Sequence record: NC_047995.1
Reading direction: 5' to 3' (one strand)
DNA length: 64,000 bases
Positions 20,060 to 29,811 of the stretch are shown here, in pieces (the first letter of the stretch is position 1; every line of letters begins with the position of its first letter). A model generated the notes under the pieces. It was not told the origin of the DNA and did no database searches. It was given only the letters and a program-made list of their open reading frames with translations. The translations under genes and the position numbers were made by a program.

Positions 20060-20806
20060 TTACATTCGAAGCTCGGCAGCAGTACGTTCGCCTTTCTTGG
20101 CGGCAGCGGCAATCTGCGCATCAGTTGCGTCTTTGGTAGACAGCAATTTGATGACGTTTTGAATAGAGCGCAATTCACCGAGATGAATTTGAACTTTCTT
20201 GACTCGCTTCAAATGATCGCCGATGAAGGTCATCAACCAACCTTTCTGCTGCATAACAACCGCGACTTCCAGTTTCTTGTACTTAAACGAGAACTGTTTG
20301 TCGGTAGCATGGAGAAACTCTCCAGCGCCAGCCACAGGTTCAACAGCACGAATGAACTCAGGTGCGTAGTCACGAGCACTTTGACGGCGCAAGGAAGAGA
20401 ACGCAGGTGAGAATGTAGTTGTTGAAGCTACAGGCTTAGCGGTCTTACTTGCGCGTACGGGCTTTCCCGCTGTGGCGTTCGCAGCTTCAGGCTTGACCTT
20501 AATAGCACGAAGCGCGTTGATGGTGGCCACCAGCGTCTTCGCCTTATACAGGTTCTTGATCGCAGTGACAGCGCTCTTGCCCGCAGCTTTCTTGGCGAAG
20601 GCCGTAGTCGCGTCAGTATCGCGCAGGATATCGAGAATGGTTTCGAGCTTAGACGTGTCCAGCTCTTTGATCTTCACCAGTTCGTCGATGCGCTTGATCA
20701 GCACTTTGGCGTTCTTGCCAAAGAGGATATCAGCGTTAGCAACCTGCGCCTTTGTAGCAGCGGAGATTGACACCACTGAACCGCTGTTCATTGTCATATC
20801 GTACAT
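20060..20806 (-). CDS. Basic Lys/Ala-rich hypothetical protein with an N-terminal VSISA motif
   Basis: AAGGA RBS; K/A-rich; VVSISAATK near the N-terminus. Confidence 0.75.
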   Translation of the reverse strand: MYDMTMNSGSVVSISAATKAQVANADILFGKNAKVLIKRIDELVKIKELDTSKLETILDILRDTDATTAFAKKAAGKSAVTAIKNLYKAKTLVATINALRAIKVKPEAANATAGKPVRASKTAKPVASTTTFSPAFSSLRRQSARDYAPEFIRAVEPVAGAGEFLHATDKQFSFKYKKLEVAVVMQQKGWLMTFIGDHLKRVKKVQIHLGELRSIQNVIKLLSTKDATDAQIAAAAKKGERTAAELRM

Positions 20807-20815
20807 AGCAGTTCC

Positions 20816-21361
20816 TTATCGCTTTTTGGTCCAGTTGGAGTTGTGCTTACCTTGAGCAGGCGCGGTGTTTTCTTCCGTGAGTTCTTCGCTCTCAACGTCG
20901 TTTTCTTCCTCGTCAACGACTGGCGCAGGCTTTGGTTCTTCTACCTGCGTGTTAAGAACGGTAGCAATCAGTGGTGCTTGCTGTATAGTGTTTACAGTAG
21001 CAACAGGCTCCTGCGCAGCGACCACACGCGCTTTGGCAACTTCACCGACAGCGTGTTCGTGGATAAGGTCAACCGTAATCAGATTGCCTTTCTCTGCGAG
21101 GATAGCATCAGCGCGAGGCTGGTCCCATTGATCCCAGAGAATGTCCAGACCTTTGTGCATGTAGTTCATACCCTTCGGCAGCTTACCGCGACCGTTGAAA
21201 GGCAGACCGTTTGAAGGAGTAGCTGGCTCGAACTCGTCCATCATCTCCCACTTACGTTTCGCTTCGATACACTTCGGGCCCCAGACGCCATCGCACTGTC
21301 CGTCATACAGACCGAGCATTGTCATGATCAACTGGAGCTTTTGATAGAATGCACTGAGCAT
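20816..21361 (-). CDS. Peptidoglycan-binding (PGBD-like) domain protein
   Basis: YQKLQLIMTMLGLYDGQCDGVWGPKCIEAKRKWE matches the PG_binding_1 pattern; low-complexity acidic tail. Confidence 0.7.
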   Translation of the reverse strand: MLSAFYQKLQLIMTMLGLYDGQCDGVWGPKCIEAKRKWEMMDEFEPATPSNGLPFNGRGKLPKGMNYMHKGLDILWDQWDQPRADAILAEKGNLITVDLIHEHAVGEVAKARVVAAQEPVATVNTIQQAPLIATVLNTQVEEPKPAPVVDEEENDVESEELTEENTAPAQGKHNSNWTKKR

Positions 21362-21377
21362 ACATAGTCCTCTTAAT

Positions 21378-21402
21378 AAGAGAGGGGCCGAAGCCCCATC
21401 TC
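21378..21402 (-). terminator. Probable terminator hairpin, UUCG loop
   Basis: Minus strand GAGATGGGGC-TTCG-GCCCCTCTC then TTATT, right after the SNF2 stop. Confidence 0.7.
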
Positions 21403-21404
21403 AA

Positions 21405-24400
21405 TTACACAGCTTTGCTTTTCGAAGTGGTCAGTTTCAGACGCTCAAGAGCCGTCGTCACTTTCTTGATGTTCGTGACGTTGTAGCCTGCTTTCACGAT
21501 CTTATTGATACGTGCTTTAGCGCCAGAGACATTTTTCACGAAACCAATCCACATCCCAGGTGCGGAGTCGAAGGTACCAAACTTACGAGTGTTCGGAATC
21601 TTCGTACCGATGAAGCGTTTCATCTGCGGGTTAGTGTTCAGGTCGAACATGATACGCAAACGATCTTCCATCACCATCGGGTATGCCTTGACGTGTTTCT
21701 TATCAGAGGCTGCCTTGTGGCGTACCAGGAAGAACTGCTTCAATTGCTCTTGGGATTTCAGAGCCAGCTTGATGTTAAAGCCCATACGCGGCGTAGACTC
21801 GTCGAAGAAGTCCAGAACAAACTCCAGGCGTTTCTCGGAGAGTTTGTCGAAGGACAGTTTCTTCTTGATCTCAATGAAGTCGAGCAGCTTCTCGAAGTCT
21901 TCATAGTAGGCGCAGTCGTAATACACGTAGTCACCGAACTCCACGAAGTCGAAGGCCTTGAGAGCTTTCGAATCAGGGTCGGTAGCGTTCGCGTAAATAG
22001 CCACGAAGCCGTTGTACACGGTAGGCGTCAGTTCGAGCGCCATGTCCGCACCACCCATGTCGTCCAGAGCAGCAGCAACAGGTTTCTTACGACGAGTTGT
22101 GTTGTCCAGCACAGGCAGGTCAGCAGGCTTACGACGACGAACACGGCCAGCAGCCTCAGCAACACCTTCGTTGATTGGCTTACCTTGCTCTTTGTTCTCT
22201 ACGCGTTTCTTAACACGGGCAGCTTTACGCTCCTGTACCTCGACCTTCTTCTCTGTCTCAACGGTATCGGCCGTCTGAGTCTCGTCCGCAATCGTGTCTT
22301 CAACTTCGATACGATTAGCTTCGGCGGTAGCACGTTTGCGATCCTTCTCATTCGCCCACGGCTTACGAACCTCGAAAAACTTCTTGAGGTCAGACTTATC
22401 AACTTTCGTTGCGATGTGAACCTTAGACGCAGGGAAGCTGACGGTCTCGCCAGTACCAGCCAGACGCACACGCACGGTGCTGATAGGACTGTCTGCACGG
22501 AGTTTACCGTCAACAGTACGCACAGTCACAGACACCACAACACCGTTACCGTACTCAGTAACGACAGGCGCACGGTTCAGAGAGTCTTTCAGCCCTTCGC
22601 CGCTTGTGAAGTTACGGTTACGTGCCCAGTCAAGCAGACGCTCAAGGCCCCAGCCGTAGCGGTCAGGGATCTTCTGGTTGGCAACGAATGGAGTTTGCTC
22701 CATCACACGGAAGTCGTTCAGAGCAGGAGTGGCAGGCAAGGCTTGCATTGCTGCAATCGTCGTCTTACGCATTTCCTGGAACTCTTGGGACTCGATATCG
22801 TTCAGTTCTTTCTTCGCGAGGAAGTAATCCTTGAAGTCTGCCAGAGTGTTGTTGTCAATCAGGAGCTTGGCGCTCATTTTGATTGGAGCCAGTTTGAACT
22901 GGTCGAGTGCTTCATAACGCTGGTTGCCTTTCTCGTCGAAACGAGTTTTCTCCAGTGTCTTCCACATCAGACGAGCGACCTTACCAACTTCGAGGGTCTT
23001 GTTCGTCATTACCCAGTCGATGAACACAACTTCACGAGCCATATCGCCAGGCTTACCGTTCTCGTCGAGCTTCGCAGCAGCAACGTCAGGACGGAAGATA
23101 CGCGCAGTAGACTGGTCGTATGTACCTGGTGACCACGGAGTATCGCAGCGGATGATACGGCTACCCATCTGCATGTTGTGGCCTTCGGAGATTGCCTGTT
23201 CGTTCGCAATCAGAATCTGGACGTTGTTGTCCGTCTTGAATGCGTCGAGGTTAGCGTCTTTGTTCTGGCCCAGCTTACCAACTTCACCGTGATACACTAC
23301 AGCGACTTTCTTGTAGTTCTCAGGCAGAGCATTGTAGATAGCGTTGGCGGCACGAACGTAACGCGTGAAGACAATCAGTTTACCCTGCACCTCAGGCTTC
23401 CAGTAATCTGGATCTTCTGGTGGAGGAGTCATTGACGGAGGCAGTGTCTGACGAGCGAACTCTTCGGACTGCTTACGAGCCAGATACTTCTGACCGTTGA
23501 ATACAGCAATGTCCAGTTCACGAGGAACAACACCAGGCTTCCATTCGAAGATCTGCTGTTCACTAACCATCTGGTCACGTTCAGGCTGCACTTCGAAGTG
23601 CTTCTTGATGCGGTCGATGATGGTCAGGACTTTGGCCGACGTGAAGTTGGTGACGCCAGCGGCTTCAAACGTCATACGTGCAACGTCATCACCCATAGGG
23701 TCGGTCAACATCATTTCCATACGCTGGAAGTACATGTTGAGGTCACCGTTAGTCGCTAACAGTGCTCCGAGGTCATCGCCTTCTTCGATATCGTCTTCGT
23801 CAATGTCAGAAGCGTTGTCACCATCGCCACCAGCATCTTCATCGTCGTCATCGCTGCCCGCAGAGGCTTTGCGCTTCGCAGCGTTGGCTGCTTCCTGCAA
23901 TTTCTCTAGCACCTGTGCATACATCGCGTTATACACCTCTTGGTGCAGCGCAGAGTTCGGTACAGATGGGTCATCGATCTCAACCTGAATGAAGGTATCA
24001 ATCGGGTTAGGCAGCATGAACGCCCAGTGCTTACGCTTGAACGAGATGAATGCAGTGTGGTTCGCCATACGAGAGTGAGCACGACGAATCATTTCGATAT
24101 CGTCCTTAGCACCATCATATGCAACATCCAGTGAGTCACCGAACATAGCAGGCGTCATCAGCGCAGCCTGACCAACGATATCGCGCACACGGTCCGTTAC
24201 CAGCGTACCAGTAGCGATACGTGCATAGCGAACAGATGGAGCAGTGAATACAGCTTTGGTGTTGAAGTGAACCTGAGAGCCTTGCTGGCCGCCAGAGAAG
24301 TTCTTCACCTTGTGTGATTCATCAAGCAGCACGTAGCTGAAACGGAAGCGGTTAACGAACTCTACCGCGCCGCGAATACGAACGCGCACACCACCAATGT

Positions 24401-27254
24401 CAACGTTGAACGTACCAGTCTGCAAGAAGCTCAGGCCGACAATGTAGAGCGTATTACGAGGAGCCTGTTGGATCACATCGTACATACGGTCTTCGCCCCA
24501 CGTGTTAACTGTGTCAGCAGTGATAGGCACTGCGTTCCAGCCGTCGACAATTTTGTGGAGGTCGTCACACCAGTTCGCTACGAGGTTAGACGGGCAGATG
24601 ATCAGAGGACGAATCGTTTCTTCGCCGAGGTCATCCAGCTCTTTAATCAGAGCAGCAACGTCAGACAGACCGATGATTGTCTTACCACCACCAGGCGCGA
24701 TGAAGATAGTCGCAAAGCGTGGACGCCGACGCAACGTTTTGTGCGCTTCAACCTGATGTGGAAGTAACGCGGCACCGTCACGTAAACCAGGGATACGGAT
24801 ATCGTCAATCGTGATACCGCTATCTGGTTTCAGTTTCTCAATCTCCACCTCAGCCTGTTCGAAATATTCGAGCGACTTAGGAATCACTTCGCTATACAGC
24901 GCGGCGAATGGAAGAATGATCTGTTGCAGACGGTCAGAGCCCGGTGCAGTGTCGCTGTCAATCAGAGAGCTGAACAGTTTCTTACGGTCAGACTTGGTGA
25001 TCGCGTTAGTCAGTTCACGGTACACCGCACCCCCGAAGTAGTTGTTCAGGCGTGCCATGTCAGCCAGCTTAGACGATTCACCCATCACGAAGTAGTGAGT
25101 GTGGGACGGCAGCGATTCGGTAGCGGCCTGAATGCTTCCCATCTCATTGAGAGAGGTCGTAATCAGGTTAGAGCCACGCAGACCAGCAGCATCGTTCAGC
25201 ACCCGCAGCATGATACGCAGCACTGTCATCGCAGGACGTTCGTCAGAGATCTCAGGAACCGTGAAGTCGTTCTCAATCAGGTTCTGATACAGGTTCTGGT
25301 CCATCGGGCTTTCTGCCAACGAAGCATTCTCTGCGTCCATGCCGACTGCGACACGCGCTTGCTGAATCAGAGTTTTCAGGTCAGGAACTTGTTTGTTCCG
25401 GAGCATGAACTCATACGTCTGACAGGTAGACGCGATGATCTGAATCAGTTCGTGGATGTTGGAGCCTTCGGTGCTGTTATACTTGATGGTGCTCTCAGAC
25501 ACAGCCTCCACCAGACGACCCGCACCAGATTCTGCTTTCGCCGCTTCAATCATCATGTCGTTTGATGTGCGATACGCAGCCATCATACCAGACGATTGAT
25601 TGTGATGGATGTTACCAATCACGTTAGCGACTGAACGGAAGTTAGGCGCTTCACCAGGCTCTGCGAAGTCGTAGCCCAGTGAGTCAGCGACGTCCAGAGC
25701 GTTCGGTGACTTCATACCGACAGTACGCGTTTCTTTAACGTCAAGGCCGCCGCCATTGGAGGTGTTCACGATCAGCGCGAAGTCAGGGTCGATACCGATA
25801 CACACGTTGCTAAAACGGTTAAGGGTCTTAGCCTTAGTCTGCACGTCACGGTCGAAGTCCAGATTACCGTTCTGAATAGCGAACATGTTGGTACGCAGGG
25901 TGTCGTGGTCAGTAGACAGCGGCACGCCTTTCTGGAACAGGTCATCGAGAACGTTGTTGAGCGTGGCTTCGTATGTCTTAACCATCTCAATGTCGATATC
26001 TTCACGACGAGGCAGCACAGCCAGAGTACCGTTCGGCATGATCGTCAGACCATTGTCGTCGGCAACAACGTCGTTAACCACGTAACCAAACTTCTCACGG
26101 AGTTTCTTCAACTCAGGCAGAGTGGTTGCAGAGGTAACGTAACGCGGGATACGCGCAGCACGGGTAATACCCGTACGAGTCGAACCAGCAACGCGGAAGT
26201 AGTAGCTCGCCCAACCCTGGAACCAACGATACAGACACATGGTCTGCGTGTCAGCGCCCTGACTGATGTACTCTACCATTTCCTTTTCGAAGTTAACGAT
26301 CAGGCCGCCTTCAACACGAATGTCGGTTGCGAGTGCGACTGCGTTAAAATCGACAGGCGTATCAGGACTGATCTTCATCGCCTGAATCTTGCGATCAATC
26401 ATCTGCTTGCCTGGGATAGGACGAATACCGATCGTCATGAAATCGCCCAGTGCTTCGGCAGTACCTTTGTCCAGATTACGGAACAGGTCGATATCAATGC
26501 CAGTCATTGCTGGGTGGATAGAACGCAGTGCCGCGTTATATACAGACCAGTCTTTGTCGAGAGGGATGCGAACCATCTTCGTATCAAACGCGTTGGAGTT
26601 GGTGCGCTCCACGCCGAAGATATCTTTGTACAGCGTCTTCGCAATGCGAATAGCAGCCTGCGCGATCTCAGAACTGTAGGTCTGGAGATTAGCACGTTCG
26701 AAATGCGCATCGTTGTCTACACGAGGACGGTCGCTACCCTGGTTGTTCAGAACGTTGAAGTTACCGTTCGAAGCCAGTGGGCTGGTAGGACATGGTGTGC
26801 CAGACATGATGATATCACGGCCGCCTGGGAAGCGCGTACTGTTTTCAATGATAGCACCAGACGACGCGGACAGATGCTCGGCCAGAGAACTCTTAATCTC
26901 ACGGCTCAGCTTGTCGCCATTCAGCGTCATGTTGATACGCATCACCGACAGGTCGATGTTCGCCTTAACACGCTTGGTGAAGTCTTCTGGTGCGACCTCC
27001 AGCATGTCTTCGAACTCTGCACCGTTAACAACGATGTAGTTGATCAGGTCGAATGCGGCATAGATACGAGCGACGGTTGATGCAGTGAACACAGCGAGAG
27101 TTTCGTAGTTGCGACGAGACTTCCCTGTGGCATACATCTTCGACATTTTTCCGTCGAACTCGGGCGGCAACGTTTTAACAGCAAGAGCCTGATTGAAGGT
27201 ATCGGCGATCTGCTGCGTGGCGGTTGCTGAGGTACTGATCATTTGATTCATCAT
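21405..27254 (-). CDS. Very large SNF2/SF2 helicase-domain protein (1949 aa)
   Basis: LLPHQVEA, APGGGKT, LLDESH, ATGT, ISEGHNMQ and DTPWSPGTYDQSTARIFR are SNF2 motifs; about 800 aa of unknown N-terminal sequence and an unknown C-terminal region. Confidence 0.85.
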   Translation of the reverse strand: MMNQMISTSATATQQIADTFNQALAVKTLPPEFDGKMSKMYATGKSRRNYETLAVFTASTVARIYAAFDLINYIVVNGAEFEDMLEVAPEDFTKRVKANIDLSVMRINMTLNGDKLSREIKSSLAEHLSASSGAIIENSTRFPGGRDIIMSGTPCPTSPLASNGNFNVLNNQGSDRPRVDNDAHFERANLQTYSSEIAQAAIRIAKTLYKDIFGVERTNSNAFDTKMVRIPLDKDWSVYNAALRSIHPAMTGIDIDLFRNLDKGTAEALGDFMTIGIRPIPGKQMIDRKIQAMKISPDTPVDFNAVALATDIRVEGGLIVNFEKEMVEYISQGADTQTMCLYRWFQGWASYYFRVAGSTRTGITRAARIPRYVTSATTLPELKKLREKFGYVVNDVVADDNGLTIMPNGTLAVLPRREDIDIEMVKTYEATLNNVLDDLFQKGVPLSTDHDTLRTNMFAIQNGNLDFDRDVQTKAKTLNRFSNVCIGIDPDFALIVNTSNGGGLDVKETRTVGMKSPNALDVADSLGYDFAEPGEAPNFRSVANVIGNIHHNQSSGMMAAYRTSNDMMIEAAKAESGAGRLVEAVSESTIKYNSTEGSNIHELIQIIASTCQTYEFMLRNKQVPDLKTLIQQARVAVGMDAENASLAESPMDQNLYQNLIENDFTVPEISDERPAMTVLRIMLRVLNDAAGLRGSNLITTSLNEMGSIQAATESLPSHTHYFVMGESSKLADMARLNNYFGGAVYRELTNAITKSDRKKLFSSLIDSDTAPGSDRLQQIILPFAALYSEVIPKSLEYFEQAEVEIEKLKPDSGITIDDIRIPGLRDGAALLPHQVEAHKTLRRRPRFATIFIAPGGGKTIIGLSDVAALIKELDDLGEETIRPLIICPSNLVANWCDDLHKIVDGWNAVPITADTVNTWGEDRMYDVIQQAPRNTLYIVGLSFLQTGTFNVDIGGVRVRIRGAVEFVNRFRFSYVLLDESHKVKNFSGGQQGSQVHFNTKAVFTAPSVRYARIATGTLVTDRVRDIVGQAALMTPAMFGDSLDVAYDGAKDDIEMIRRAHSRMANHTAFISFKRKHWAFMLPNPIDTFIQVEIDDPSVPNSALHQEVYNAMYAQVLEKLQEAANAAKRKASAGSDDDDEDAGGDGDNASDIDEDDIEEGDDLGALLATNGDLNMYFQRMEMMLTDPMGDDVARMTFEAAGVTNFTSAKVLTIIDRIKKHFEVQPERDQMVSEQQIFEWKPGVVPRELDIAVFNGQKYLARKQSEEFARQTLPPSMTPPPEDPDYWKPEVQGKLIVFTRYVRAANAIYNALPENYKKVAVVYHGEVGKLGQNKDANLDAFKTDNNVQILIANEQAISEGHNMQMGSRIIRCDTPWSPGTYDQSTARIFRPDVAAAKLDENGKPGDMAREVVFIDWVMTNKTLEVGKVARLMWKTLEKTRFDEKGNQRYEALDQFKLAPIKMSAKLLIDNNTLADFKDYFLAKKELNDIESQEFQEMRKTTIAAMQALPATPALNDFRVMEQTPFVANQKIPDRYGWGLERLLDWARNRNFTSGEGLKDSLNRAPVVTEYGNGVVVSVTVRTVDGKLRADSPISTVRVRLAGTGETVSFPASKVHIATKVDKSDLKKFFEVRKPWANEKDRKRATAEANRIEVEDTIADETQTADTVETEKKVEVQERKAARVKKRVENKEQGKPINEGVAEAAGRVRRRKPADLPVLDNTTRRKKPVAAALDDMGGADMALELTPTVYNGFVAIYANATDPDSKALKAFDFVEFGDYVYYDCAYYEDFEKLLDFIEIKKKLSFDKLSEKRLEFVLDFFDESTPRMGFNIKLALKSQEQLKQFFLVRHKAASDKKHVKAYPMVMEDRLRIMFDLNTNPQMKRFIGTKIPNTRKFGTFDSAPGMWIGFVKNVSGAKARINKIVKAGYNVTNIKKVTTALERLKLTTSKSKAV

Positions 27255-27748
27255 TCACCCAGTTTAATGTATTTGTCGATCACAGACGTCCACACTTCAG
27301 GTACTGGAAGGCGACGGTCCGCAGCGATATCAGAAAGCACGATGGCCAGAGCATAGGCGCGAAGTGGTTTCAGACCCTCGAACTTATCACGCGTAAACAC
27401 AGACGTGAGTTGGTCGTTGGTTAGTGACTGATACTGCGCACGATACTCTGACAGGTATACACGATACAGACCATCATCCACAGGTGTGGTGTCAGGTGTC
27501 TGTTGCACGTACAGCAGTGCTTTGCCCAATGCGTCCATAATCAGCAGCAGGTCTGCTTGATCATACGGAGCAATATCAGGGACATTGGAAGTGCCCATCA
27601 GTTCGAGGACTGATTGAGGCAATTGAATAGGCTCTCGCGCCTCAGAGATGGACTCGATAATCCCTTGTGCAGCATTTGCGTATCGCTTATCACTCAGCGC
27701 AATGCCAGACAGTAAGGAATGGAGCCGCGTACTTACGTCGTGTGTCAC
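27251..27748 (-). CDS. Hypothetical protein (165 aa)
   Basis: Start moved to GTG 27748 (MTHDVSTRL), which has an AGGAG RBS. Confidence 0.65.
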   Translation of the reverse strand: MTHDVSTRLHSLLSGIALSDKRYANAAQGIIESISEAREPIQLPQSVLELMGTSNVPDIAPYDQADLLLIMDALGKALLYVQQTPDTTPVDDGLYRVYLSEYRAQYQSLTNDQLTSVFTRDKFEGLKPLRAYALAIVLSDIAADRRLPVPEVWTSVIDKYIKLGE

Positions 27749-27758
27749 GGTTCTTCTC

Positions 27759-28541
27759 CTAGATAAAAATGCTCTTGACCAGAGTGTTGAGTCGCTTCTC
27801 CACAGCATGACGCTTATACGTGGACAGGAAACAACACAGGCGTCGGGACTGTAGATGCAACGCAATGGCATTGCCCTTGACACGCATACAATCAACGCCA
27901 AGATCAATATTCCACGGATGCCAAGCACGAGGTGCCAGCATCGCCTGTTGGATATTTGGATAAGTGTCCATCACCACAGGTATCGCAGACTTTGCCAGTT
28001 TCTTAGTCAAATTATCAGTTTTGAACAACGCCTTAGGCTGTTTGTTCGAAAACCAGTAAGGAACCTGCTTGTGCAGTAGCTCCCCGACTTTCGGGATTCC
28101 ACCACGAGTTGTCTGCGGTACATACACCAGATAGATATCGATCGTGGTGTTGATGCAGTTCGCCACACGGTTATAGTCACTATTAGTGCGGCTTTGCACC
28201 TCAGCGAGTCTGAACTTGTTGCTGAACTCAATACGCTGTAACCACTGGCGTAGGTCCTGTTGTTGAATCTTGAGCAAAGCCTTAGCCTGATCAAGGGAGT
28301 GCTTCGTCACAGAAGGGACAGGCCGCAAGAGATACTTGGTGCTGGTCTTCGAGAGCGACGACATAAACCCTTCAACCACACGCTGCATCCCTAGAGGCTG
28401 AGGCAGTGAGTGGAATAGATCGACTGCGGTTTGTGTCGTGATGAACGCACCCCACGCTTCGATGTACTCAGGACTAACGCAGTCAGGGAAGGTCTGTAGG
28501 CTTAGACCTACTTCGGAGCCATAGCGTTTCAAACGACTCAC
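27759..28541 (-). CDS. Hypothetical protein (260 aa)
   Basis: GTGA overlap with the HNH stop; long ORF in the operon. Confidence 0.65.
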   Translation of the reverse strand: MSRLKRYGSEVGLSLQTFPDCVSPEYIEAWGAFITTQTAVDLFHSLPQPLGMQRVVEGFMSSLSKTSTKYLLRPVPSVTKHSLDQAKALLKIQQQDLRQWLQRIEFSNKFRLAEVQSRTNSDYNRVANCINTTIDIYLVYVPQTTRGGIPKVGELLHKQVPYWFSNKQPKALFKTDNLTKKLAKSAIPVVMDTYPNIQQAMLAPRAWHPWNIDLGVDCMRVKGNAIALHLQSRRLCCFLSTYKRHAVEKRLNTLVKSIFI

Positions 28542-28903
28542 TTTCTACCCCCGTGAAGTAAACGAGAACCACGTCGGTTAGCGGTTCCTATTTGGTTGTT
28601 GTCGCACGTATAGCAAAGCAGCTCGAGGTTATGCTTCATGTTCGAACCGCCATTGGCATGTGCAATCTTATGGTTGAGAATAAGCTCGCGTGTAGGCTTA
28701 CCACAACGTTCGCAGTAGTAACCACGCTCGTCGATGATACTCATTTTGAGTTTAGTCCAGTCTGCTCTGTCCATACGGACGTGAGTACCTGCACGAGCAC
28801 GTTCAAATCCAGTAACACCAGCAAGACGCTGAGAGGTAGACAGGCTGCGTCCACGTCCTCCTTGAGTTCTTGCTGCAATACCACCTCTCGGTCTGTATGC
28901 CAT
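28538..28903 (-). CDS. HNH endonuclease
   Basis: CERCG...NHKIAHANGGSNMKHNLELLCYTCDN; Arg/Gly-rich N-terminus. Confidence 0.85.
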   Translation of the reverse strand: MAYRPRGGIAARTQGGRGRSLSTSQRLAGVTGFERARAGTHVRMDRADWTKLKMSIIDERGYYCERCGKPTRELILNHKIAHANGGSNMKHNLELLCYTCDNNQIGTANRRGSRLLHGGRK

Positions 28904-28936
28904 GTCAATCTCCTAAATACAATGTTATTTACAGAC

Positions 28937-29752
28937 TTATGCAGAGGCGGAGAAGATCTGCACTGTTTTCTCAAGGCCTGCCTGATAGGACTGCTCTACA
29001 TCTTTAGCAGCACGGCGGATAATACCTTGTGTGGAGTTCGATGCCGCAGCAATCAACTCTACAGGCAGATTCTTTTTGTTCCATGCGTTAATCTGGTGGA
29101 AGACACCGACCAGAATAGTACCAGCAGACTCAGCGAACGGACCGAGTACCTCAGCGTTAAGAATCTCACCGAGCTGACCTACGTCACGCAGCGCACGAAG
29201 GTCTGCGATGATCTCACGCATCTGGTTGTACAGTTGCATAAGCGCGTAGATATCACGGCTCTGTTTCTTATCTTTGTATGCGTCTTCGCATATGCGCGCC
29301 ATGCTCTGACACTGCTTGAACATGGTCATGTATTCTTGAATCTGGTCGTTCTCCTGTTTGATAACGTCAGGGATTTCGTCCAAGACTTCCATCAACTGAC
29401 CTTCGAGAACAGCCACGTCGGTAATGCCTTTCTTAGCCTTGTCTTTCTTTTTGGTCTTCTTGATCGTATCTACCGCGTTTTCTTTCTTCTTCTTCTTTTT
29501 CTTCTTCGGCTTCTCGTCAAGAGTGGACAATGCCTTTTGCGAGCTGGCGATATCAGCGTAAAGTTCTTCGGGGTTAAGCACACCAGGCATGATATCTTTC
29601 GAAGGGTCGCGCTTTTTCTTCTTTTTGACCTTAACGCCTTTGCTAACTGTCTTAGCTTTAACGGCGGTGGTCTTAGCTTTAACTTTCGCCTTACCTGCTT
29701 TTTTAACAGGCTGGGCGTATGAGCCAATGTCATCCAAGCTTATGGCCGCCAT
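28937..29752 (-). CDS. Hypothetical protein with a poly-Lys N-terminal half and a helical C-terminal half
   Basis: KPKKKKKKKKE tracts; GAGGA RBS. Confidence 0.75.
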   Translation of the reverse strand: MAAISLDDIGSYAQPVKKAGKAKVKAKTTAVKAKTVSKGVKVKKKKKRDPSKDIMPGVLNPEELYADIASSQKALSTLDEKPKKKKKKKKENAVDTIKKTKKKDKAKKGITDVAVLEGQLMEVLDEIPDVIKQENDQIQEYMTMFKQCQSMARICEDAYKDKKQSRDIYALMQLYNQMREIIADLRALRDVGQLGEILNAEVLGPFAESAGTILVGVFHQINAWNKKNLPVELIAAASNSTQGIIRRAAKDVEQSYQAGLEKTVQIFSASA

Positions 29753-29774
29753 GTGAAAATCCTCTGTGGAAACG

Positions 29775-29802
29775 AAAAAGGGAACCCCGCGAGGCTCCCT
29801 TT
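29775..29802 (-). terminator. Rho-independent terminator
   Basis: Minus strand AAAGGGAGCC...GGTTCCCTTTTT. Confidence 0.8.
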
Positions 29803-29811
29803 AGGGTTTGA

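Noticed and set aside
21693-23132. Long plus-strand ORFs (for example 479 aa at 21693, 391 aa at 25905, 376 aa at 28592, 348 aa at 33096, 319 aa at 2935)
   Set aside because: They are antisense shadows of well-supported minus-strand genes, lack RBSs and motifs, and reflect codon bias
16795-27254. Inteins or introns in the polymerase or the large SNF2 gene
   Set aside because: No C/S...HN splice motifs or LAGLIDADG blocks; the conserved motifs are continuous and the frames uninterrupted
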